A DNA stretch of 64,000 bases. It comes from Octopus bimaculoides. Its lineage: Eukaryota. The stretch is from assembly GCF_001194135.2 (NCBI RefSeq), contig NC_068984.1:108333830-108397829 (forward strand), given 5' to 3'. Numbering within the stretch: the first letter of the stretch is position 1; every line of letters begins with the position of its first letter. Shown piece by piece: positions 52,801 through 64,000 of the stretch. The notes under the pieces are model-generated. The model saw only the letters and a list, made by a program, of their open reading frames with translations, ran no database searches and was not told the origin of the DNA. A program made the translations under genes and the position numbers.

Positions 52801-54134
52801 GGCAAAGGAAAAAAGAAGACCCGTTGACTGAGTGGGGTTGTAAAAGGAGAAGTGGTTTTATGGCATGTATTGAGAGGCTAAAATATGATAGAGGGACAGG
52901 CACAGGTGCCTTGTTATACAAGAGATACATAACTACTTTGCATTATATAGGCACATGTAGATAGAGATGTTGGTTACAAAGTGTCAAAGAATACTCTTAA
53001 GATACAAGGTGAGTATAATAGAGAATATGGTCTGCAGACCAGAAGGGGTGGGTATGAGAAAGGGAGTGACATGATTAGCATTGAAAATTTTGCAGTACCA
53101 TCCTGATGTACAGAGATCTAATGAACCCACATCACATTAGCTTTTTGAGTTTAATGAACTCACTACTAGTACTTCACTATAACCTTACTATAGATGGGAT
53201 TTAAGCAAAGTGAAGAATTTGAACCCAGAATATAAAGAGCTGGAACAGGTACATGTCATCTCATTCAAAGTTCTAACAATTCTGTTAATTCATTGGCCTT
53301 TTATCAACCCATGAAAGAACAAGAGGCAAAGTTGACTACAGAGTAACCTGAACTCCATACAGAGAACTGGAAAAAATACAAAGTACTTTATGTGACACAC
53401 TAAACTCTATCAAGAGTTTTTCAATGCCACCTTCAGCTTATTTTCTCAGAAAAATTTACATACTTCCTCTTAATGATAACACCTACTTCTGTATAAAATA
53501 ACTTCCTAGTTGGTCGGCATTGCCAATTTGTGATTGTGTTAACCTCACAAATGCATGGTTTTGGGTTCAGTCCCACTATGTGGAACCTTGAGTAAATGTC
53601 CTCTATTATCGCTCTAGGCCAACCAGTGGTTTGTGAGTGGAATTGGTAGAACTGTATAAAGCACATCATAAATCAGTGAATATGTAGCTGAATGATTAGG
53701 AAGCTAACTTTCCAACCATGTGATTTGGGGTTCAATTTCACTGCACAGCACCTTGGACAAGTGGTCCACCTTGATAAACTAACATTTGGGGAACTAGAAA
53801 CAGCAAAAACAACTTAATTTATCTCAGCAACCAAAAAATACAGGAATGATATCAAATTGAACCAACAGAGAAGCTATTCCATAAAAATCATGAACCACTT
53901 GACAAAACTCACACACACTGAAAAAGAAGTTGATTTTTCAAACTAAGCCTAAAAACATTTTTATTTGACTTTTGATACTAATCTGACTAACACTGCTCCT
54001 AGTTGTAAAATACACAACTTGCTCTTTTAAAGTGTATATATTTGAACAAGACTATCAATTCTTGCTTAGATTCATTGTCCAGATACTTCTGGCTGACAAA
54101 ACATGTCAAAACACTATGTGTTGTGTGTGTGTGT

Positions 54135-54501
54135 GTTGGCACTCCGTCGCTTACAATGTCGAGGGTTCCAGTCGATCCGATCAACGGAACAGCCTGCTCA
54201 TGAAATTAATGTGCAAGTGGCTGAGCACTCCACAGACACGTGTACCCTTAACGTAGTTCTCAGGGATATTCAGCATGACACAGTGTGACAAGGCTGACCC
54301 TTTGAATTACAGGCACAACAGAAACAGGAAGTAAGAGTGAGAGAAAGTTGTGGTGAAAGAGTACAGCAGGGTTCGCCACCATCCCCTGCCGGAGCCTTGT
54401 GGAGCTTTAGGTGTTTTCGCTCAATAAACACTCACAACACCCGGTCTGGGAATCGAAACCGCGAGTCCGCTGCCCTAACCACTGGGCCATTGCACCTCCA
54501 C
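54135..54501 (-). mobile_element. Second full-length copy of the same SINE
   Basis: Roughly 90% identical by eye to 49501-49884. Confidence 0.9.
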
Positions 54502-55129
54502 CAAAAGACTATGTATTAATGAATCAAATGTGTTATGCACAGCCATTGTAAAAGAGACACTGCACTTATAACAAACAACAGCAATAAGCATATCTATGTT
54601 TGAACCTGCTAGAACACATTATGAATAAATATACAAGCCGTTGTACATTTAAACAGTTTTACCTCAGAAACTTTAGTTGTTTCTAACAGTTTAATTCTTG
54701 ATAACTACACGAGTGCACCATTACCATATTTCTTACTGAAATATACTACCTTTTGTGTATACCGATATACACAACCTTCAATTAATTTTGAAAATAATTA
54801 AGAATTTATTAAAATAACTGTCACTATTAAGCTGACAGAAGAAATTAACACGAAATTTTGATGGGAGGTTTTAATTATTAAGATCCTTTTAAAACAGAGT
54901 TTGTGTCGTAGAACCAGAGGCAGTTTCCAATAGACCCGTATCAAAAATGTTAAAGTAGTTTTAGTAAAAACCTTCCATTGTCATTTCATTAATCTATGAT
55001 CTAAGCACCAGATTACTTAAGTTATTTTACTAAATTATCCATTATTTCCAAAATTAATAGAAATTCTTAATCATTAATTTTAATTAACTGAAATTCAGTT
55101 TACAAACCTATCCTTGCCAATGGTCATGA

Positions 55130-55480
55130 ATGTCATGTAATGACAAAGAGCATGATTGCAAATACAAGCAGAGGAAATGGGGATCTTCCAAAGGATCTCT
55201 GGAGTAACGTTACCCAACAGGAAATCTCTCCAGGTCAAGCTGCTACTTATCTGCATTGAGAGGTCACTGCTCTGATACTATGGACATGTGAATAGAATGT
55301 CACAGAAAAGAAATGCAAGACAGATTCTTCAAACCAAGTCAAAGGAGACTTAAGGGTAGACCTTGAGTGAGGTGATTGGATAATATCCAAAGTCTCAGTT
55401 GGTCATGCTTGGGAATCCAACTGGAAAGTATAATGACAGTTGCTTCTGATAAGACCCTATGGGGGAGAGGCCTTCACAAC
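55130..55480 (+). mobile_element. Degraded RTE-type LINE C-terminal fragment, a different family from 18917
   Basis: IQAEEMGIFQRISGVTL..LLLICIERSLL*YYGHVNRM..R..GRP..*LDNIQSLSWSCLG resembles RTE AAEMRFLRRI.G...IERSQLRWYGHV.RM...GRPR.RW.D. Confidence 0.7.
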
Positions 55481-56899
55481 CCTTCAAGGAACAGTGAGCA
55501 GAGAAGATAGATGGATGAAATTAAAGCAGAAACTGTGAGGTTAATTAGAAATTGCCATGCAGTGAGATTTAATCTCAGACTGGATCGTTATAAAACAAAC
55601 TTCTGAACCATTAGGCCATATTGTGCCTGAATAATGAAGACATAGTATACATACAAGTAACAATGGTTAAATAATATATTGGGCCTCTCACACTTTACTC
55701 CACAATATCATTCTAAAAATAAAATATCCTACCAAAATCTCAAAGGTATGAGAAAATGCATGATTAGTTCAAAACAATGGGTACAAATAAACATTACACT
55801 TGACAGAATAATGCAAATGTTAAAGAATTAACTGAGAAATTGGTATAATCTATTGACGGCAGTTTGGTAGACGGAGAGAATTTTTTATTCCTTTTTTTTT
55901 TATTTAATGGTTTAGAGCAAAAAGGGCACTGATCATGACTCTTCTCAGGGTCTGTGTCAATGATGAGTGATTTATCCTCTCAGACTGGAAACTGGATCAA
56001 ATATTTTCAGTAGAGTGGAATTCCCTAAAAGATACCAGAGGGCAAATTGTCTTATTAAAGTTTAAAACTTTCATTCAAGAATTCTAAAATAAAAAAGAAA
56101 CAGCAATGTTGGAGAAGTACCGATGAACCATGTCTACCAACATGTTTGAGATAGGAGACAAACTTTAAGGGTTCACAGAGAGAAAATAAATGTCATTTTC
56201 ACAAGAGATTATGTCTTCTCATCATTCAATGTCCACTTTTATGTGTTGATGCCACATAAAAGACACCTGGTACACTCTGTGGAGTGGCTGGCATTTGAAA
56301 GGGCATCCAGCCATAGAAAGCATGCCAGAACAGACAAAGAAACCTGGTGCAACTCCCAGCCTTACCAGCACTGATCAAACTGTCCAATCCATGCCAGCAT
56401 GGAAAACAGACATTAAATTGTGATGATGATTTTCCACACCAGATGGCCTTCCTGTTACTAACCCTAATTTGTTTCCAAGTAAAGTAATATTACCCCAAGG
56501 CCAGGCCAGACATGTTTTTGACAGAGGATTGGAAATGAATACCAGCTTGTATGATGGTGATAGTTGCTTGCAACCATCATGTGATGTCAAGACAAAGAAA
56601 CACAGAGAAAGCTTCTATTAATTTCCATCTACCAAACCCATTTACAAGGCTTTGGTCAGCTCAGAGGTATAACAGAAAATATTTTCCTAAAGTGCTATGC
56701 AGTGGAACTGAACCTAAAACCATGTGGTTGGGAGTGAACTACTCAACCACACACACCCACACCTGTGCATACAGTTTTCAAAGTTCAAGAGACGTTACGA
56801 AGTGTCTAACTATATGCTGTTTAGGGTAGTTGTCATTTACAGTGAACACATGGGTCTTGCAAGTAATGAATGTGCATGGACAATAAGCATCAAAAAGAT

Positions 56900-57121
56900 G
56901 TTGTTGGCACTCCATCGCTTACGACGACGAGGGTTCCAGTTGATCTGATCAACGGAACAGCCTGCTCGTGAAATTAACGTGCAGTGGCTGAGCACTCCAC
57001 AGACACGTGTACCCTTAGAGTAGTTCTCGGGGATATTCAGCGTGACAAGGCTTACCCTTTGAATTACAGGCACAACAGAAACAGGAAGTAAGAGTGAGAG
57101 AAAGTTGTGGTGAAAGAGTAC
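56900..57121 (-). mobile_element. Third copy of the tRNA-derived SINE, head in the gap
   Basis: Identity to 49501-49730; truncated by N run. Confidence 0.88.
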
Positions 57122-57650
57122 NNNNNNNNNNNNNNNNNNNNNNNNNNNNNNNNNNNNNNNNNNNNNNNNNNNNNNNNNNNNNNNNNNNNNNNNNNNNNNN
57201 NNNNNNNNNNNNNNNNNNNNNNNNNNNNNNNNNNNNNNNNNNNNNNNNNNNNNNNNNNNNNNNNNNNNNNNNNNNNNNNNNNNNNNNNNNNNNNNNNNNN
57301 NNNNNNNNNNNNNNNNNNNNNNNNNNNNNNNNNNNNNNNNNNNNNNNNNNNNNNNNNNNNNNNNNNNNNNNNNNNNNNNNNNNNNNNNNNNNNNNNNNNN
57401 NNNNNNNNNNNNNNNNNNNNNNNNNNNNNNNNNNNNNNNNNNNNNNNNNNNNNNNNNNNNNNNNNNNNNNNNNNNNNNNNNNNNNNNNNNNNNNNNNNNN
57501 NNNNNNNNNNNNNNNNNNNNNNNNNNNNNNNNNNNNNNNNNNNNNNNNNNNNNNNNNNNNNNNNNNNNNNNNNNNNNNNNNNNNNNNNNNNNNNNNNNNN
57601 NNNNNNNNNNNNNNNNNNNNNNNNNNNNNNNNNNNNNNNNNNNNNNNNNN

Positions 57651-57929
57651 CCTAAAGCTCCACGAGGCTCTGGCAGGGGATGGTGGCGAACCCTGCTGTA
57701 CTCTTCCACCACAACTTTCTCTCACTCTTACTTCCTGTTTCTGTTGTGCCTGTAATTCAAAGGGCCAACCTTGTCACACTGTGTCACGCTGAATATCCCC
57801 GACAACTACGTTAAGGGTACACGTCTGTGGAGTGCTCAGCCACTTGCACGTTCATTTCATGAGCAGGCTGTTCCGTTGATTGGATCAACTGGAACCCTCA
57901 ACGTTGTAAGCGACAGAGTGCCAACAACA
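57651..57929 (+). mobile_element. Fourth copy of the same SINE, inverted, head in the gap
   Basis: Reverse complement of 49501-49780. Confidence 0.88.
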
Positions 57930-58104
57930 TTTTTCATTCCACAGATACATATCTGCTAATCTATTTGTTTACTGGAGAATATAAATAATGCTATTGTTTT
58001 TTGTTTAGATAGTATGAAGACTCACAAAATTGACATTTACATGTGTGTTTGTGCATGCATGCACATATATGTTTATATGTATGTCTAAGTGTATATATCT
58101 TTTA

Positions 58105-58375
58105 TCTTTTACTTGTTTCAGCTGTTAGACTGTGGTCATGCCGGAGCACCACCTTGAAGCATTTTTAGTCAAATGAATCGACCCCAGTACTTCTTTTTTA
58201 GATATAAACACACCAACACCGGTTGTTAAGCAATGGTGGGGGACAAACAGATATACACAGATGTGTATGTGTGTGTGTATAATGGGGTTCTTTCAGTTTC
58301 TGTCTACCAAATTCACTCACAAAGCTTTGTTGGTCTGAGGCTATTATAGAAGACACTTGCCCAAGGTAAACATGT
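58105..58375 (-). mobile_element. tRNA/CORE-like SINE, the most abundant family here
   Basis: Family contains ACCTTGGGCAAGTGTCTTCT; degenerate head/core copies at ~7670-7820, 18555-18690, 27250-27380, 32975-33130, 38380-38522, 41215-41335, 43910-44040, 46880-47015, 53545-53665, 56615-56770, 59047-59215, 61900-62010, 63395-63545; the CORE label is from memory of the consensus. Confidence 0.7.
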
Positions 58376-58817
58376 ATATATGCATATACATATGATATCA
58401 GTACAGTTTCTGCTAAAGCAGAAAACATTTGCCTAAGACATCACACACAGGAATTGAGCTCATAAGCACATGTCTGTGAAATGAACTTAGTAACCATAGA
58501 GACATACCTACACCTATTATGTTGATGTATACACTCATATGGTGCATACAGGTTAGATGTTTCTGTAATTAACTGACTTCCAACTTCAATTCAGTTTAGT
58601 TTCAATGTTGGAGCAGGATGGTACCTCAAGATTATTCTCGGAGAACTTTCAACTTCAATTTTAAGTTGAACAATTTTGTCGTAAGAGAGGATACAAGGGC
58701 GTCACAGTGTATAAATTAGTAAATTTGGTGTGCAAAACGTTTAGTCTCCTTACTGCTAAAACACAATAATTGCAATTACTAATCTAGCAAACTCTTAATA
58801 TTAGTAAATTAAAATAA

Positions 58818-59022
58818 GGCAGTGAGCTGGCAGAATCGTTAGCACACCAGGCAAAATGTTTAGCAGCATTTTGTCTGTTGTTACAGTCAAATTTCTTCAA
58901 GGTCAACTTTGCCTTTCATCCTTTCAGGGTTGATGAAATAAGTATCAGTTGAACACTCGGGTTGATCTAATCAACCTATCTCTCCTCCAAAATTGCTGAC
59001 CTTGTGCCAAAATTTGAAAGCA
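58818..59022 (+). mobile_element. tRNA-derived SINE with a Meta-domain-like core and TSD
   Basis: GGCAGTGAGCTGGCAGAATCGTTAG head; GTCAACTTTGCCTTTCATCCTTTCAGGGTTGATGAAATAAGTA core; flanked by TATTAGTAAATTAAA(A)TAA on both sides; inverted copy at 59283-59471. Confidence 0.7.
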
Positions 59023-59670
59023 GTATTAGTAAATTAAATAATGAAGCTGGCATGGCTGTGTGGTCAAGAAGTTTTCTTCCCAATCTAATGGTTTCAAGTT
59101 AAGTATCTCTATGTGGCACCTGCAGCAAGTGTTCTCAATGACAATGTTAGGCCAATCAAAACCTTTTGAGTGGACTTGGTATACAGAAACTGAAAGAAGC
59201 ACATCATATATAAGTGTATATGTACATTTGTCTTGATATCTGTGATGGTTGTAAACAAGCATCATCATCATAACCTTTTCTATAGGCACAAGGCCTGAAA
59301 TTTGCCGGGTGGGGCAGTCGATTAGATCAACTGAAGTATGCAACTGGTACTTTATTGACCCCAAAAGGATGAAAGGCAAAGTCAACCTCGGCGGAATTTG
59401 AACTCAGAACATAAAAAACAGACAAAATACCGCTAAGCATTTTACCCAGCATGCTCATGATTCTGCCAGCTAAGCAATGCTCGTTTCCAATTTTTCATGA
59501 AAAACATCTGGCCATGGGGAAATATTACCTTGCTTGGTAAAGGTCAGTTACAGGAGGGGTATCTGGCTTTGATACAAACAAGGATAGAAAAGTGGACATT
59601 AAATGACAATAGTTGCATTTTGCTTTTGAAACTGAAACATGCTCTTCAGATCAACAATATACATTAACAA

Positions 59671-59929
59671 AATATTTATTCCCACTTAAACATGGATGTT
59701 CTGTTAGAACAAACTATATTGTGGTATATAACACCAGAGAAACTCTCATGTTGGCTTTTGGAAATATAGCGTCTTGGTCCTGGAGATGGTGGGGATTTAT
59801 CTCTCCATAGGCAATATAAACAAGCATACATTTTGCACCAAAAGCCAATATGAAAGTCTCTCTCATGGTATCTGCTGCAGTATAGTTTGTTCCAACAGTA
59901 CATCCACGTTTTAAGTGAGGATATATATT
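59671..59929. repeat. Imperfect inverted repeat, ~90-bp arms
   Basis: 59671-59761 versus the reverse complement of 59838-59929. Confidence 0.85.
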
Positions 59930-60104
59930 ACCTCTTGGTATCAATACTGCCTGTTACTAATATATACAGTAATGCCTCAATATCCGAGTTAATTTGTTTC
60001 CAGAGACCACTCATAGAGCAGAGCAATAATTTCCCATAGTAGCAATATTATAAATCATAATTCATTCTCAGAAAGGTATTTTACCTATAAAATTTATAAG
60101 GAGA

Positions 60105-60436
60105 CCCCTTTTGGTCATGAATGACTATGGGATTGCACCTGGAAAGCTACCCTCCGAGGCACAGGTCCGGACAAGGTTGTTTATGGAAGGCCAGTAGTTG
60201 CCCATGCATGCCAGACTTCCCTCTTCACACCACTGATGTTATCCAAGGGAAAGGCAAAGGCTGATACAGCTTGGCACCAGTGATGTCGCAATTCATTTCT
60301 ACAGCTGAGTTAACTGGAGCAACATGAAATAAAATGTCTTGCTCAAGAACACAATATGCAGCCCAGGCCGGGAATCAAACTCACAACCTCACAATCATAA
60401 GCTCAGTGCTCTAACCACTGAGCCATGCACCTTCAC
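60105..60436 (-). mobile_element. tRNA-derived SINE, another family, with short TSD
   Basis: Head GTGAAGGTGCATGGCTCAGTGGTTAGAGC...GAGTTTGATTCCCGG (A and B boxes); AAATTTATAA on both flanks. Confidence 0.75.
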
Positions 60437-61587
60437 TAAATTTATAATATCCATGAATAAATGGTAATAAAACAACAGTAGAATGTAAAGAATATTTTAT
60501 ATAAAGAGAATGTCAAGATCAGTTATAATAAAAAAAATATTATTATAATCATTTTCTGAATCACTTTCACTCACACTAGACTTGCACACACCATCACTTG
60601 TAGACTTCTTTTTAAAAAAACAAGTCTAGAGTTGCTTGCTTAGAAGCATTTTTTCTCTCTCTTTAAATTTCTTGGTAACATGCAAAAGCATTTGTTATAG
60701 TAGTAGGAACTTATGCACTTCATTCAATATTTGCATCTTGTACTTGAAAAGTAAAACTCAAACTTGGAGTCTCATAAAGCAGGTCCTCAAAAAGTGAGGT
60801 ATTACTGTAGATATTATCAGAATATCATCTGGTAGAAAATTCCTCCCAAGAAAACTTTAGATATGTTGGGACAGCTATGAAAATAATGTCTGGATTTGGG
60901 TGACCTTGTTTAAAGATGACAACCTACAAATTACTAGGTAATCATTCATAACCCTTTTGATATTCAATCTCTAAGACTATCACACCATCACTAGTTCTGT
61001 CATGCAAAAACCACAAGTGATCATATTTAAATTAAAACTTTCCATCATATATTGTATCTAAGGACATTTTAAGTTATGTTCTAAACACCAGCTTAATATA
61101 CCAATAAATGAACAAGTCAAGAAGGTTGCCTGTGTATCTACAAGTTCACTTCACTAGCTAGAAATAGCAACCAAATCTCCCACTTAAACTTTGTCTTGAA
61201 AAAAGAAAAAGGTACACTAGGTCATGTAGTCCTCAGATAACCCTAAAAAAGAAGGGATGGTAATGACTGGAATGTTTTTGATTGCATGCCTACTCAATCG
61301 GGTTGACCTGGGGTTAAAGGACAACAATAACCAGTGAATGGAAAAGTTGTTTGGCTAAATCCCATCACATTTCCATTATCGATCACAAGAATTAAACTAT
61401 CGAATATTTTTAATTTTAACAGAGTTGAGATGAACTTTTCGGTGCCAATGAACGAAAAGAATCAACAAAGAGTAAAGAGGACTTGTCAGTCTTGTTGGAG
61501 AGGGAAAACAATCCTACCAAGTCAGTGCCATAGTTTCAGATTGTGATGACTTGTCCAACCCATGCTAGTATGGAAATCATTATTCGT

Positions 61588-61758
61588 TTAACCCTTTAAC
61601 ATTCAGATTAATCTTGTAGCTTTGAGATTTCGATGTTGTGATTTCATTTTCAGAAAAACACTGTAGTGTAGATCTGAAATGATGGATCTGGCCAGTTTGA
61701 ATATAAAACAGGAAGAATATCTGGGCTGGATTTGGCCAGTTAAATGCTAAAGGGTTAA
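61588..61758. mobile_element. piggyBac-like MITE family A, short copy with intact ends
   Basis: TTAA-CCCTTTAACATT ... AATGCTAAAGGG-TTAA. Confidence 0.75.
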
Positions 61759-63544
61759 TGACCACTTTCCCATACTCACATGGATCAGACAGAATTTTAT
61801 CGAAATTCTTGTCACCAACCCCCACCTGTTTCCTGGAATGGTAATATTCCCCATGACAAGATAGCATGTAATGTCAAGGCAAGGAGACAATGTTACACAC
61901 TTTCATCTACCAAACCCTCAAGGTATTCATTGACCCAAGGTGCCATACAGTAGGACTGAATCCCAAACAACATAGTTGGGAAGCAAGGTTCTTACCACAC
62001 AACCATGCTTGTGGATGTAAAATGAAGAGGATATTCTTTTTTTCTTCTTTCATGTCTCATTGTAATTAATATTTCTCACATAACTACAAGCCAAAAACTA
62101 TTTTTATTCTCCACACTAACATCAGAAACGAATAAAACTGCATTCAAATCAAAGTTACAAGATAGCTCTTTCCTGTTGAATTGTAAACTCAATTTTATTC
62201 TCCAACTTATGTAGAGTATCAACCTACCCTATTGTAAACAAGCCTGACTTTTGAATCAACAGACATAATAGTTCAATTAAGATACATGAAGAATACCCAT
62301 TAAATCACTCCTCTTGAAATAAACGTACAACTGCTAATTATAGCCATATAGTCCACTTACTCCTTATCTTCTTTCCTTGTAGAGAGTAACAAATGGCCTC
62401 TGATATATCAACCAATCCTCACTCTACCATCACCAAAGTTTAACTCTTTCTTTAAAAAAACTTTGGCAATGGAAACTAAACATTTCTACAAGGTCCAAGT
62501 TTGGTTTTACAATTTAAAGGAAAAAAACCAAAAAACAAAACAAAATAATGAGCCTCAATTCCTTAAGAAACCTTTTAATTGTGCCAGAAAGATGGAGTTT
62601 ATTAAAGTAGATTTTCTATAGATGGATACTCTTGTTGACAATGCTTATCTTTTTTCCAAATAAGGTAATATTTCCCCCACGGTCACAGAATCTTGAAAAA
62701 GAATGACAATGTTTGTATGACAGTGACATTTATTTACAACTATCAACGCCATGTCAAGACAAGGAGAGAAACACAAACACACATTTGCCAAAGTGCCATG
62801 CAATGTGATTGAATGCAAAACCTATGTGGTTGGGCAGACATCTTAACTCTACAGCCAAACCTGTGTCCATAATTAATAATGAAAATTCACTTATAAATCC
62901 TAAAGGTTCATTGCATTGTTACTTAATTATGCACTGTGAAGCAAATGAGAATATCTCTATCTCAATAGTCAGCCATAGATAACTCCTCACTAAAAGAAAT
63001 GCCAACACAAAGACCCACTCTACAACTAACCTTTGCAGAAATGGGCCAAAATACAGATAACATGTTTGACCTAAATCCATGTGTTGGTATGCCAATACCA
63101 CAGTGATTTCAGCTGAATAAAAACTAGCCAGCCATACTGTATGCCTCTGCTCAGCATATTGAGTAGGTTTTGAAAGTCTTCAAAAAAAAAAAAAAAAAAA
63201 AAAANNNNNNNNNNAAAAAAAGGGGGGGGGGTATTTTGCAATATCATCAGTTCCATTTTCCACACTCAAATAGAATTCGTTGAGAGATTTTTTAATCACA
63301 TGTCCCTCCTGTTGCCAACACCCGCTGTTTCCAAGTAAGGTAATATTTCACCATCTCATGTCAAAGCAAGGAGACTACCACATGCAGACACGGTGGCTTC
63401 TTTCAGCCACTTTCGACAAAATCCACTCACAAAGCTTTAGTAGACCTGAAAACATTGTAGAAAACACTAGCCCACTCTTTGTGCCACACTGTAGAACTGA
63501 ACCCAGAACCATGTAGTTGGGAAGTAAACTACATACCACACAAC

Positions 63545-63847
63545 CATCATCATCATCATCGTTTAACGTCCGCTTTCCATACTAGCATGGGTTGGACGAT
63601 TTGACTGAGGACTGGTGAACCAGATGGCTACACCAGGCTTCAGTCCGATTTGGCAGAGATTCTACAGCTGGATGCCCTTCCTAACGCCAACCACTCCAAG
63701 AGTGTAGTGGGTGCTTTTACGTGCCACTGACATGAAGGCCAGTCAGGCGGTACTGGCAACGGTCACGCTCAAAATGGTGTATTTTACATGCCACCTGCAC
63801 AGGAGCCAGTTCAGCGGCACTGGCAACGATCTCGCTCAAATGTCTTT
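63545..63847 (-). mobile_element. Young copy of the (GAT)n-tailed tandem-unit repeat
   Basis: Reverse complement of ~8070-8363. Confidence 0.85.
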
Positions 63848-64000
63848 GTTGATCACTATACTTTTAATGTCTACCTTTCCACACTGCGAAACCACCTAAG
63901 AGTGCATTACAAATTTAAGGTCATTTCATATACCAGAACATGTACTGTTGGAATATAGGTTCAATACTAGATTCATTTGAAGTCCACATTATCACAAGGA

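Noticed and set aside
62919-63265. LKSLWYWHTNTWI resembling the L1 ORF2 KTAWYW motif
   Set aside because: A single short motif with no supporting flanking similarity.

Overview
AT-rich animal genomic DNA from a gapped assembly (nine N-runs). The SINE repertoire suggests an octopus or other coleoid cephalopod (inference). The window holds one protein-coding gene, UPF1 (RENT1/SMG-2, the core nonsense-mediated decay helicase), on the minus strand. I reconstructed 22 coding exons (42646 down to 2366). All introns are GT-AG and in phase, giving 3177 nt, or 1058 aa plus stop. The model covers the CH zinc domain, the SF1 helicase core and the SQ-rich tail. The first exon (start codon) is not visible, so intron 1 probably exceeds 21 kb. 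The introns contain an internally deleted Ty3/Gypsy LTR element, an IR/DR-type Tc1, three mariner relics, two piggyBac transposase relics with TTAA MITEs, hAT-like MITEs, RTE LINE fragments, several tRNA-derived SINE families and microsatellites. The most interesting signals, all hypotheses needing RNA data, are: (1) a candidate 123-nt intron in the UPF1 3'UTR about 470 nt after the stop, which would make UPF1 mRNA a substrate of its own pathway; (2) a 1.4-kb intronic palindrome flanked by ~30-bp direct repeats, right beside exon 7; (3) two AGC(Ser) codons at positions I recall as conserved Gly, which A-to-I editing would restore. No prokaryotic features, CRISPR arrays, rRNA or true tRNA genes were seen.
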